Shown here one piece after another: positions 18,948-28,986 of a DNA stretch of 64,000 nt; within the stretch, counting starts at the first letter, position 1, and the number at the start of each line of letters is the position of its first letter. The DNA lies in NCBI GenBank assembly GCA_038874595.1, contig JAVZCB010000002.1, positions 1 through 64,000 on the forward strand, read 5' to 3'. This stretch comes from Candidatus Micrarchaeia archaeon. Its GTDB lineage: Archaea; Micrarchaeota; Micrarchaeia; CAILAH01. The position numbers were made by a program, and so were the translations under genes. The notes beneath the pieces are model-generated. The model was not told the origin of the DNA and did no database searches. It worked only from the letters and a program-made list of their open reading frames with translations.

Positions 18948-20252
18948 ATGCAAAACAAAATTGGGCCAAAACCAACCTCCAATAATCGGCCAAAAAGACC
19001 TAACACTGCAGAGAGAAAGCAATCCTTTATCCAAACGCACACCCAGAACTCTGAAAACCCATACAAAATACTGGCAGACTGCCAGTATGATATAATAGCA
19101 AGCACGACGTTTGAGGAGGACGGTCTTAGCGAGACGATACGGCTTGGCTTCCAAAATGTAAGAGGCATTTCGCAGCTTAACCTTTATTGGTGTGAGGGGG
19201 ACTCGCTGGCAATCAGGCCATATCAAACATATTTGCTCAATAGCAAATATGAGATAATTGGAAAGAATCTACGCGAGGTCTCACGCATAATCGGTTTTGT
19301 AGTCAAAGAGAATCTTCTTGCAGAGTACTTACGCTGTTCTGGGATATCTAATGAGAAAGGGCTTTACGGCTCTATTATGAATGGAGAGATATCCCTTCCT
19401 TTTGGAATATGCTGGAATAAAAAAGAAGAAATCTTCTTGATATATGACCTAAACCCATACAATAAAGCAGTATTGAAAGCTGATAAAGACGAGCTTAAAC
19501 GGTTCGAAAATATACTTGAGATGCCTAGCGGTGTGATAGTACCTTTGCTGTATAAAAAATCATTGCAGGGTGTAATGGAAATTACTGGAAACAACTTATA
19601 CTTTGATGGGAATGCAAAAAATGCTGACAGCTTGGTTAAATATACAACGTTTATGGCACGCGTGCTGGCGATACATAAAAAAATGCAAACCGACCCGCTT
19701 ACAAGGCTTTTATCAAAAGAGGCGTTTGAGTATAACCTGGATAAGAAAATATGGGAATATCTTGAGTTTGGGAAGCCGTTTTCCCTGTTATATCTTGATG
19801 GTGATGACTTTAAGAAAATCAATGATAACTATGGACATGCGGTTGGTGATAAGGTGCTCAGGAACATCGCAAAGCAGATGTTTGAGAGCACGCTGCCGCA
19901 GGACCTAAACCACAGGATTGGCGGGGAGGAGTTTGCAATCATTACCCCTGTGCCTTTGCATACTGCAATCAAGATTGCACAGAGGGTCGCAAGGAATATG
20001 AGGGAGCCGGTGCATGTTACGCTTAAGCCTGACAACGGCGAGGAAGTTGTAGTCTCAAAAACGGTGTGTATAGGTGTTGTGGATGTTGCCACGGTGGCCT
20101 GCCTGGGAAATGGCAATATAAATGAAATTGCTGCCGGGATGAAAAAACTGGCTGATACTGCACTTTATAGGGCTAAAGCTGAGCCGGGCAAGGGTTCTAT
20201 ATACGCGGTTGTGCTTGAGAATGGACTACTTGAATACAAGAAAATAGATTAA
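18948..20252 (+). CDS. GGDEF-domain diguanylate cyclase with GAF-like N-terminal region
   Basis: TDPLT.L, DGDDFKKINDNYGHAVGDKVL, RIGGEEF, ADTALYRAK. Confidence 0.9.
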   Translation: MQNKIGPKPTSNNRPKRPNTAERKQSFIQTHTQNSENPYKILADCQYDIIASTTFEEDGLSETIRLGFQNVRGISQLNLYWCEGDSLAIRPYQTYLLNSKYEIIGKNLREVSRIIGFVVKENLLAEYLRCSGISNEKGLYGSIMNGEISLPFGICWNKKEEIFLIYDLNPYNKAVLKADKDELKRFENILEMPSGVIVPLLYKKSLQGVMEITGNNLYFDGNAKNADSLVKYTTFMARVLAIHKKMQTDPLTRLLSKEAFEYNLDKKIWEYLEFGKPFSLLYLDGDDFKKINDNYGHAVGDKVLRNIAKQMFESTLPQDLNHRIGGEEFAIITPVPLHTAIKIAQRVARNMREPVHVTLKPDNGEEVVVSKTVCIGVVDVATVACLGNGNINEIAAGMKKLADTALYRAKAEPGKGSIYAVVLENGLLEYKKID

Positions 20253-20276
20253 GGTTGTTAATCTAATTATACTGCA

Positions 20277-21254
20277 ATGAAAATTGATTTCGAAGATATT
20301 GCTAGGATTGCTGCTGAAAAAGCGGAAGGGATTGAGTATAAGACGTTCTCCATATCTTTACGGCTCCCAGAGAGTGCCATTAAAGAGGAAGAGAACACAT
20401 TCAAGAAAGATGGGCTGCTCGGGAGGACTGCACTTAAAACTAGAATAAGCAGGGAGCTACGTGACCTGATTTCAAAAAGGAACGGCAAATTATTTGAGGT
20501 TGATGGGGAAGTGAATTTCAGGATAAATCTAGAAAAAAAGGATGTTGGTGTTGAGATAAAGCCAATATTCCTGCTTTGCAAGTACAGAAAGCTCAAGCGT
20601 GGCATTTCCCAGACAAGATGGGATAAGTATGATAGTTCTGTGGAGGGGTATGTCGTAAAGGCTGCGGGGGAGTTGTACCACTCAACAAATGCATTCCTGC
20701 ACGGTGCCGGAAGGGAGGATGTGGATGTGAGAATGCTCGGTGACGGAAGGATATGTACTGTTGAAATTGTTGGCCCAAAAAAGAGGACCGTTGCGCATGA
20801 TGAGCTTGAGAGGAAGGTCAGGGAGGTATCTGGTGGGGATATTGAGCTGGATGTCCTGCGCGAGGTCACGCGCGATTATGTCTGGATTGTAAAGGAGGCG
20901 CATTTTGACAAGGTGTATGATGCGGAAGTGAAGTTTGAAAAGGAGATTGGGCAAGAGCAAGTAGATAGGGTAACTGCAATAAGGAAGATTGAACAGCTGA
21001 CACCAACCAGGGTAATGCATAGGCGGGCGGACCTGGTACGGCATAAGAATGTGCTTGGGATATGGCTTATTGAAAAACACGGGAATTCTGCAAAATTCAG
21101 GATTAAAACTGAGGCAGGGACATATATAAAAGAGCTCATCAGCGGGGATAGCGGGCGGACACGGCCCAGCTTTGCTGAAACTGCTGGGTGCAATGCATCT
21201 TGTACCGCATTAGATGTCGTAAAGGTTCACGAATATGTTTCTGATTGGTGGTAA
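20277..21254 (+). CDS. pus10: tRNA pseudouridine(54/55) synthase Pus10
   Basis: HGAGREDVDVRMLG, Q.TPTRV.HRRAD, AGTYIKELISGD.GRT. Confidence 0.93.
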   Translation: MKIDFEDIARIAAEKAEGIEYKTFSISLRLPESAIKEEENTFKKDGLLGRTALKTRISRELRDLISKRNGKLFEVDGEVNFRINLEKKDVGVEIKPIFLLCKYRKLKRGISQTRWDKYDSSVEGYVVKAAGELYHSTNAFLHGAGREDVDVRMLGDGRICTVEIVGPKKRTVAHDELERKVREVSGGDIELDVLREVTRDYVWIVKEAHFDKVYDAEVKFEKEIGQEQVDRVTAIRKIEQLTPTRVMHRRADLVRHKNVLGIWLIEKHGNSAKFRIKTEAGTYIKELISGDSGRTRPSFAETAGCNASCTALDVVKVHEYVSDWW

Positions 21255-21310
21255 AACACAAAAATGGTGTTATAAAGATTAGAGGGCACATTTTTAAGCG
21301 GTGATTAACA

Positions 21311-22096
21311 GTGGCTCTGGAGTTTGCAATCGCAATCCTCTTTCTTGCGGTGGCGTCGTATTATGATGTGTTCAATAAGAGGACCATTCCTGACTGGCTC
21401 TCATACTCATTTATTATTGTAGCACTCTTGTCCACAGTGCTAACGGCTGGCGTTGATTTTATCAAGATAGGTGTTGCAATTGCGGTTTTTGCAATTGGGT
21501 ATCTTATTTACAGGGTTGGATATATCGGCGGTGCCGATGTATTCTTTATAACCGGGCTGGTGCTGTTGCTCCCCATCACAGAAAACAGCAACGGTGTAGG
21601 AATCCCTGTAATAGTAAACGTGCTGCTCATATCAACACTCACAATGGCAGTATACCTTGAGTTTTCATTCTTTGCACAGAAGCGCAAAGTTGAGCCGAGA
21701 ATGCAGGAAATAATAACCGCGATAGTATGGATAGTTGGGTATCTTGCAATTGCATACCTCCTAAGCTCTCTCGGCCTTGTACTGTTGGCAGGGCTTGCAG
21801 TGGTTGTAGGCGCAATCTCATCGGTGTTCGCGCTCATTAAGCGTGACCTTGCAAAAAGCCTTATCATTGAGGTTGCACCGAAAGATATAATTGAGGAAGA
21901 CATACTCGCGGTTGAGGAAATGGACCCAAAGGTTGTTGAGCGGCTTAAGCTTGAGAGGCTGCTAACCAAAGAGCAAATCAAAAGGATAAAGGATGCCGGT
22001 CTTGAATCCGTGCCTATATACGGAAAACTCCCACCGTATATGCCTTTCCTTCTTGTTGGTGTGGTTGCAGCGCTTGTGCTATCATTAATGCCATAA
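21311..22096 (+). CDS. A24 prepilin/class III signal peptidase
   Basis: SYYD...RTIPD and GGAD aspartyl motifs, P.MPFL C-terminal motif, multiple TM helices. Confidence 0.85.
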   Translation: MALEFAIAILFLAVASYYDVFNKRTIPDWLSYSFIIVALLSTVLTAGVDFIKIGVAIAVFAIGYLIYRVGYIGGADVFFITGLVLLLPITENSNGVGIPVIVNVLLISTLTMAVYLEFSFFAQKRKVEPRMQEIITAIVWIVGYLAIAYLLSSLGLVLLAGLAVVVGAISSVFALIKRDLAKSLIIEVAPKDIIEEDILAVEEMDPKVVERLKLERLLTKEQIKRIKDAGLESVPIYGKLPPYMPFLLVGVVAALVLSLMP

Positions 22097-22191
22097 TATA
22101 CAAAACTAATCTCAAAGTGCGCGGCCTCCTATAGACGCTTGTGCTATCATTAATAATAAATAGGTAAGTGCAAATACGAAAATAGTGTTAA

Positions 22192-23802
22192 TTATGATTT
22201 CCCGGTAAGCCTGCTTATAACTGTTTTCTTGTCAAGCGCAAGTATGAACGGGAACAGCTTCGGGCCGCGATCCTTCCCGAGCAACAGTGAGTACGCACTC
22301 CTGAAAAACTCTGCTATTGGTACTTCGTGCTCTACACAGAGCTGTTTTGCGCGAGCTGACAGGACTTCCTCTGTTGCTTCAGGCATCTCGTACATCACAC
22401 AGAACTCCTTAAGCACGCGCTTTACATTGTCAGGGAGCAGTATATACCTCGTGAGTGAATCTTCCAATGGCAATATCATATACTTTGCCTCAGGTGGTGC
22501 ATACAACTGCACCCAGTTGCGTGCCAACCGTATTCGCCTTCGCGCATTTTCAGTGTCTTTCTCTGATGCACCATTCAGGTGGCCGAGCTCTTTTAATTTG
22601 CCAAGAACACGGTCGTCATCCATCAGCTGTGCAAGAACTGAAACAAAACCGTACGGGACACGGACAGGCATCTTATCCGGCACTTTCGGCATTGAGAGCT
22701 CATACATCCTCTTTGAGTTCTCCTCCCTATTTTCACTGCGCGCTTCCGCTTTGCCAAAATAGATACGCTCGGTCTCATCAAAATCATCAACGAGCTGCGG
22801 CAAGCGGGCCAGCTCCAAGTCGCGCTGCTTCTCAGGCCTGCGCGTGTAAAACATCGTGAACACTTCTGGCTCCATCACCTTAAGCATATCCTGCACAATG
22901 TATACGTTGCCTTTGCTGGCGCTCATCTTCTCGCCGTTTACCAGGAAGAACTCGTACATAAAAGGGATTGGCGGCTCGCGGCCGAATACTTTTGGCATTA
23001 TTTCAATAAGGCTCTTCCAGCTGCCTTCATAATGGTCCTTGCCGAACGGCTCAAACGTTGTGTTAAAAATGCACATCAGTGCAGGCCACTCAAACCTCCA
23101 TTGCAGCTTGCCCTCACTCCACGGCACTTCACCTTCATAACCGCAGCCCTCACTTTTCTTTTTCTTTATTGCCTTGCCACCACAAGTGAAATGTACTGTT
23201 TTTTTCTGTAGGTCAAAAGAGTCAATGTTTGCAAGCCGGCCACATTGCGGACATATCGCATCGAACGGGATGTAATCGCTGCTTTTTGTTGCCTGGAACT
23301 TAGAAACTATTTCACCTACAATCTCGCGCTTCTCAAACACCTGCCTGATGTATGGCTCAAACCTGCCTTCCTTGTAAAGTGCATCAACCGAGTATAAGGT
23401 TGGGTTAACATCAAGCGCACGCAGCCCCTGCATCCATACTTCCGTAAAGTGCTCGCTCCAGGAGTTGCAGCAGCCAAACGGGTCGGGGATCCTGCACAGC
23501 GGCTTGCCCAGATGCCCGTGCAATTCTGGAAATTTTGATGATGGGTGCCAGTTCCCATCTAAATCTGCAATGCGTGATGGTATATCTTTTAATGGGTCCC
23601 GGTCATCTGTTGTATGCACAAACTCGCACTCTACACCTCTCTCGCGCACCGCCTTCACAGGGAACCATGCACGCAAAACATCATTGAGGTTACCAATGTG
23701 CTTGCCACCGCTGGGCGTCTGCTGGCATTTGACATTTGGAATTCTGCCTTCTTTTTTTGAGCGTTCTATTATCTGCTCTGCAAGCTGGTCTGCCCAATGC
23801 AT
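22192..23802 (-). CDS. lysS: Class I lysyl-tRNA synthetase
   Basis: HWAD, TPSG..HIGN, KLQWRFEWP, FEPFGKDH, KMSASKGN. Confidence 0.95.
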   Translation of the reverse strand: MHWADQLAEQIIERSKKEGRIPNVKCQQTPSGGKHIGNLNDVLRAWFPVKAVRERGVECEFVHTTDDRDPLKDIPSRIADLDGNWHPSSKFPELHGHLGKPLCRIPDPFGCCNSWSEHFTEVWMQGLRALDVNPTLYSVDALYKEGRFEPYIRQVFEKREIVGEIVSKFQATKSSDYIPFDAICPQCGRLANIDSFDLQKKTVHFTCGGKAIKKKKSEGCGYEGEVPWSEGKLQWRFEWPALMCIFNTTFEPFGKDHYEGSWKSLIEIMPKVFGREPPIPFMYEFFLVNGEKMSASKGNVYIVQDMLKVMEPEVFTMFYTRRPEKQRDLELARLPQLVDDFDETERIYFGKAEARSENREENSKRMYELSMPKVPDKMPVRVPYGFVSVLAQLMDDDRVLGKLKELGHLNGASEKDTENARRRIRLARNWVQLYAPPEAKYMILPLEDSLTRYILLPDNVKRVLKEFCVMYEMPEATEEVLSARAKQLCVEHEVPIAEFFRSAYSLLLGKDRGPKLFPFILALDKKTVISRLTGKS

Positions 23803-24082
23803 ATGAGTACACCGGTCTATGTTAGAGAGGGATTTTATTTTAAGCGTATTTATATGAAGAAATGCTCTGGCTAAATAGATAACCAAAAGATTCAGAAGCA
23901 CCTACAGCAATTCTCACACTTGCCGCATTTGCCGCATATGATATCCTTTCTGCCACAGTATTTGCAAACACCCGGCTTTGGATATTGCATGCAATAGTTA
24001 AGAAAAACAATAAATTTATACTGTGCACACAAAAACACAAAGGTTTATATAACAAGAATTGGATATATTCTAAGTGATTGTT

Positions 24083-24816
24083 ATGGAGACCAACCTAAAG
24101 CAACGAGAAGAAGATACCTGAAAGCTGTTGCAACACCTATCACTACTCCTGAGATACGTCTTGAAAAGACGGATAAGTATACCGCCACATTTAACTATGG
24201 GACATCTTCCTTGAAATTTGACATAAACATAAAAGGAAAAAAGGAGGATGCACTAAAAGTTATAGAGCAAATTAAAGAGAAGGGGTCTGATTACATAGCA
24301 CAATTACATAATATGGGTATTATTGAGAATATAAGATGGCTTAGCTATGGAAATGTCACCGCTGGTATGCCGGTTACCAGGGAAGACGGTGGTGTTTATA
24401 TTCTCATTAAAGAACCAGATAAAGAAAATTTCAAGGATGTTTATAAGCAGATGAAACTTGCAAAAACACCAACTTTAATGAATACGGGTGAGATAGGAAG
24501 CCGCGCAACGTATGAGCACGTTGTAACTATTGGTGCAAAAGGAGGGATAAATTATACATTTACATTAAATTTGAGTACCCCTGCACCAAAAAAGGAAGAG
24601 TTGATAGGGATTATAAAAACCATTAAAGAGGACCCAGCTCTTGCTGAGATGTACATAAAAGAAGGGATAATTTCAAGTGTGAAGTTTGGTATGAGCGACA
24701 AAGAGCTGGTTCAAAATGGAAAGATAAATAAAGAATCGTTAGAATCATTTAAATATGCACTTAAGACCACTGTTGGTGTGAAAAGAGAAAATGATAGTAA
24801 TTTTACTAAGATTTAA
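24083..24816 (+). CDS. Hypothetical protein; start uncertain (possible frameshift near 24118)
   Basis: Long frame is open upstream of the track start (24211); ATG at 24083 lies in the adjacent frame and stops at 24119-24121. Confidence 0.5.
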
Positions 24817-24818
24817 GC

Positions 24819-25406
24819 GTGGGTGAAGTGATGCAAAAGAAAGTGAAGGTCGCAGCTGCAGTTACCGGAGCATTGTTATTTGCACATGGAATGGTTGATG
24901 CAAAAAGCAAATACACTGGAATAAAAGGTGTTGAGCCACTTGCCAGCCATATTACAAAAGATGTAGACGATGGGAAAAAGAGGAATGAATACTACAATTT
25001 GCTTAAAAAAATACATATGCAAGAGTTGACTTTTGACACAAAAGCGATGTACAAAACTGCGGATAATGATAGGATAATTATTGTACTTAGTGATTCGATA
25101 ATCACTGTGTACAATTATGATGATGGGGTTACAAGCTTGAGAAGGCATAATCTGGGGGGTGAGGTTAAGAGGCTCGGCAAGATAGTTAGCTCGCACTGCC
25201 CTGATGAAAAAAACCCAATGGAGCTTTGGCTCATTACAGAAAAAGGCAATGTGATTATTATTTATAACCCGGAGGAGCCGACAGATACAATTCAGTTGCA
25301 AGAGATACATAAGGAGAAGGTTGGTTTTGAAATAAAAAATGTTAAATTTATAGAGAAGGATATCCTTCTTGAAGGAGATAAAAAATCGATGCTCCTGAAA
25401 CGCTAA
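24819..25406 (+). CDS. Hypothetical secreted protein
   Basis: Signal-peptide-like KKVKVAAAVTGALLFAHG..A. Confidence 0.6.
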   Translation: MGEVMQKKVKVAAAVTGALLFAHGMVDAKSKYTGIKGVEPLASHITKDVDDGKKRNEYYNLLKKIHMQELTFDTKAMYKTADNDRIIIVLSDSIITVYNYDDGVTSLRRHNLGGEVKRLGKIVSSHCPDEKNPMELWLITEKGNVIIIYNPEEPTDTIQLQEIHKEKVGFEIKNVKFIEKDILLEGDKKSMLLKR

Positions 25407-25419
25407 TTAAAAAAGAAAA

Positions 25420-26541
25420 TTACGGGAGCACTGCACCGCTCTCAATTTTTTCCCTTACATAATCACCAACGAAGGTGAGCTTCTGGCCCTGCAACGCATC
25501 CTGCTCAATCTTCTTCTTTGTCTTAAGCACGATATCAAGCTCCTGCACCCACTGCTTATGCCTGGATATCCACGGGTATGATTTCATCTCCTCCGCCCTC
25601 TTTATGTCAACTTCCTTTGCATTAATGGTTAGCTTTTTCAGGAAATCATAGCGCTCAATATCACTCATCGTCACACCTATGAAGCGCGCCTCCGGTGTTG
25701 CAAGGCTTTTGGAGAGATATGCGAGGTTCATTGAGCCAGTCTTGATTGCCCAGTATATATACCACCCCCACGCATCGCAGTCCGTGAACACGTATATCGG
25801 AAGCTTCATATCAGCAAGCTTGCGTATGAGCCTGCGCGTGCCGCGTGATGCCTGGCCCTTAGGAGTTATGAGGATACAGTTATTCTTTTTCCAGAACTTG
25901 TCCTCGTTAAGCCTCTGCCACAGTGCATCTTTTTCAACTACTAGCACGTAATCTGCGTCCACATCAACAAACTCCATACCGTTATCAACATCGCTCGGGA
26001 TCATCCACCCTGAACGGCCCTGCTTTGATGCATCTATTATGTTCTCCTCACCGCCAAACTTGTCCTTGATTACCATATTACCAGCGACCACTCCTTTTCG
26101 GTCCGTTGACAGATTAAAGTCCTCACGCTTCAGGTCAAGTGCAGCCTCTAAATCCTCAATCAAGGGGTTTGACTCGGATTGCTCGCTGAACAGCTCCTCA
26201 TCAACATCCTCACCTATCGTAAACTTGAGCTGGTAGTAAAGGCCCCTGATAGATGTGTGAAGGCCCTGCTCAAGAAAAGATTTCAGCTTTGCTGCAATCG
26301 CAACTGTCTGCATAAACTTCTTAGCCTGCGAAACGTGGACAAACGTGCGCCTTTCCTTTGAATCGCCCAGGTAAAGCGCGCCAGTCTCAGGGTCGGACTT
26401 GACATTGGAGCGGGAGCGTACTGGTGTCAAAAATGAAGGGGACTCGTTTGAATTAATTTCGCTTATCATCTCCCTGCCGAGAGATACGAGCTTGTTGTAT
26501 GCAACTGATGTCTTATCATCCGTGTTTTTTTCCTTTGCCAT
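25420..26541 (-). CDS. top6A: DNA topoisomerase VI subunit A
   Basis: SIRGLYY, EQSES, VVEKDA, KGQ, D.DAWG, EQDAL. Confidence 0.95.
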   Translation of the reverse strand: MAKEKNTDDKTSVAYNKLVSLGREMISEINSNESPSFLTPVRSRSNVKSDPETGALYLGDSKERRTFVHVSQAKKFMQTVAIAAKLKSFLEQGLHTSIRGLYYQLKFTIGEDVDEELFSEQSESNPLIEDLEAALDLKREDFNLSTDRKGVVAGNMVIKDKFGGEENIIDASKQGRSGWMIPSDVDNGMEFVDVDADYVLVVEKDALWQRLNEDKFWKKNNCILITPKGQASRGTRRLIRKLADMKLPIYVFTDCDAWGWYIYWAIKTGSMNLAYLSKSLATPEARFIGVTMSDIERYDFLKKLTINAKEVDIKRAEEMKSYPWISRHKQWVQELDIVLKTKKKIEQDALQGQKLTFVGDYVREKIESGAVLP

Positions 26542-26594
26542 AATCATAACCTCCTATTCTTTGCTAGCTTTCTTAGGCATCCCAAAGAAAGCTA

Positions 26595-28304
26595 TTACAT
26601 ATCTTCCTCATCAAACTCAATCTTGCCCTCCTCAGAAGAAGAGGAGCCGCCTTCCTCCTCCATAATTACGCGGGTCTTCTTCTCCTTCTTCTCCTCTTCT
26701 GCCTCATCAGCCTTGAACTTCTCAAACACAAGGAAGGTAAGCTTCTTCTCAATCTCCTCCTTCTGCCCGGTGTTTGCGAGCTGAGGCAGGTTTTCTGCAA
26801 GAAGCTGTATGTAACGCATAATCGCTTTCCTCTTCGTTGCCTTTGTCTCCTCACGCACCTTACCTGCAAGGTACCTCTGCAGGTCGCGCGCAACATCCAT
26901 CACCGCAAACTTTATCTCATCAAGAACCTCCGGCTCGGAAGATATTGACTGCTTCCCTGCACCTGTGTAAGGCACGAATGCAGAAACAATATTTACAAAA
27001 ATCGTTACAGGGGAGCTGTCAAAATCCTGCAGCTCATACCTTTTCCAGTCAACGCTTTTTACTGCTTTTGTGATTGCACAGCCGCCGGCATCAAAGAGCA
27101 ATGGGGAGCGGTTGGCGAACCGCATTATCTCACCGCTTATTGAGCCGGATTCAGTGCGTGCACCGGACTTGCCGCCGTAACTGATTGCAACCTCAACGAT
27201 GAACGGCACACCGCCGCGGTACACCTTTGGCGGGCGCGAACGCACTGAGAGAAACTCTGGATTGAGCAGGCTCCTTAACGAAATCTCAATCTGCTCGTTA
27301 CCAATCGGGCGCAACCCGTCAGCGGAGGGTGCCACCCATTTGACTTTCTTGAATGCCGCAACTAACCGGCGCGCATCCTCCCATGTTACATCCTTCGGTG
27401 ACATATCAAAGTCGAACTGTGGGAGCACTGCGCGCAGCTCATCAACTTTTGAGGGCGTGACGCGCGCAAGCTCTGTTGTAAGGAATGAGCTCACCTTGCG
27501 TGCCGGTGTCACGCGCAGCATTTCATAAAGCGTGTGCCCCTCAATACCGAGCGGGTGCGGCTGCACTTCCGTTGGCCTCTGGGGAAGCACTTCCGAAACC
27601 CTCGGGAACCTCACCTTCCTGCCTTCAGGATCAATGAATAATATTTCAGCGTGCGGGTTTGCAATTGCTGTCCTTTTCAGGTACTCAAGCGGGCTGTACT
27701 CGCTGCGGTCATACTTCACATCCGCAAACTCGGCCATTATCTCAAGCCCCCTGAAATCCCCCTCATACTCCTGCACATCTGTCACGTGCGGCGCGTTCGT
27801 CTTAATATTCACAGAAACGTTGCATTCGTAAACCTTGCCGTTGCCGGTTGACGAGCGGACGTGTATGGGCTTACCGGAAGTGAGCTGTGCAAACATCGTA
27901 CAGCCAGTTGCACCTATCCCCTGCTGCCCGCGCTGCTGCATATACCTGTGGAATTTCGTCCCTGAAAGCATCATCCCAAGCGCTTTTCCGATATGGTCAA
28001 TTGGGATGCCAGGGCCATTATCGGTAATCTTTACAAGGTAATGCTCATCCTGCACCGCTGTTATCTTAACTGTAATTTCAGGAAGTATACCTGCCTCTTC
28101 GCACGCGTCAAGGCTGTTCGTCACATACTCGTGAATCACAGTTGTGAGCGAGCGTACCTTCCCGGAAAACCCAAGCATCTGCTTGTTTTTCGTGAAGAAC
28201 TCAGCAACTGAATGCTCCTTGAACTCCTCGAAAATCTCCTCAGCCGATTTCAAGCCGTTGTTCCCGTTTTTTATTGGGGGTGTTTCGTTTGCAGCCATCT
28301 CCAC
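26595..28304 (-). CDS. top6B: DNA topoisomerase VI subunit B
   Basis: HEYVTNSLDA, DNGPGI, RGQQGIG, RFANRSPL GHKL motifs. Confidence 0.95.
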   Translation of the reverse strand: MEMAANETPPIKNGNNGLKSAEEIFEEFKEHSVAEFFTKNKQMLGFSGKVRSLTTVIHEYVTNSLDACEEAGILPEITVKITAVQDEHYLVKITDNGPGIPIDHIGKALGMMLSGTKFHRYMQQRGQQGIGATGCTMFAQLTSGKPIHVRSSTGNGKVYECNVSVNIKTNAPHVTDVQEYEGDFRGLEIMAEFADVKYDRSEYSPLEYLKRTAIANPHAEILFIDPEGRKVRFPRVSEVLPQRPTEVQPHPLGIEGHTLYEMLRVTPARKVSSFLTTELARVTPSKVDELRAVLPQFDFDMSPKDVTWEDARRLVAAFKKVKWVAPSADGLRPIGNEQIEISLRSLLNPEFLSVRSRPPKVYRGGVPFIVEVAISYGGKSGARTESGSISGEIMRFANRSPLLFDAGGCAITKAVKSVDWKRYELQDFDSSPVTIFVNIVSAFVPYTGAGKQSISSEPEVLDEIKFAVMDVARDLQRYLAGKVREETKATKRKAIMRYIQLLAENLPQLANTGQKEEIEKKLTFLVFEKFKADEAEEEKKEKKTRVIMEEEGGSSSSEEGKIEFDEEDM

Positions 28305-28312
28305 TCACCTTA

Positions 28313-28840
28313 TCATTTCCAAAGTTTCATCTTCTCTTCGCGCACCTTCCTTCTCCCCGCCTCAAGCAGGCGGTATACTTTCTTATGCGGTGCACCGCGC
28401 ACAAGCGCATCAATCGCATCTGATGCAAGACTGACCCCTTCGATTGTGCCTATAAGATATATCCGGCCTTCCTGCACCGTCATGCAAACCTCGGTTATCT
28501 GCTCGATTATCTTTTTTGTCTTTCCATCTGTTCCTATTATGCGTGCCAATACCCTGTGTACATCACGCTCTTTATCCCCAACGACTTCACTTATGTCAAT
28601 CACTTTAAGCACGAGCTCATCAGAAAAAAGGCGTAACGCCTCCCTGTAGGGCACGCCGCCCGTGCCGAGCGCTGTGAGCACATCCTTGCCTTTAAGCTCA
28701 ATAAAAGGGTCCTCAGATTCAAATTCAACAGTGAGGTCTTTCGGGTTGAATTCAAGCGTGAGACCCCTTTTCTTAAGCTCCCTCATAACAACAGGGCTAA
28801 ATTTCTTTAAGTGCTTCTTCTCAATAGATAGGATTTGCAT
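28313..28840 (-). CDS. KH-domain ribosome biogenesis factor (Dim2/Pno1-like)
   Basis: RIIGTDGKTK.IIE, G.PH.KVY..LE. Confidence 0.85.
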   Translation of the reverse strand: MQILSIEKKHLKKFSPVVMRELKKRGLTLEFNPKDLTVEFESEDPFIELKGKDVLTALGTGGVPYREALRLFSDELVLKVIDISEVVGDKERDVHRVLARIIGTDGKTKKIIEQITEVCMTVQEGRIYLIGTIEGVSLASDAIDALVRGAPHKKVYRLLEAGRRKVREEKMKLWK

Positions 28841-28986
28841 AACAGCTAATTAAAGTAGTTTATAATTATAAAGTTACTGCTATGGGGGTTAGTGGTGTTT
28901 CTAAAAGATTGTAAAAATACTAAAAATGTGCGTATATAATTAAAAAATGTATAAAATTCGCACAAATTAAGTTCAGAAGAAAGAAA

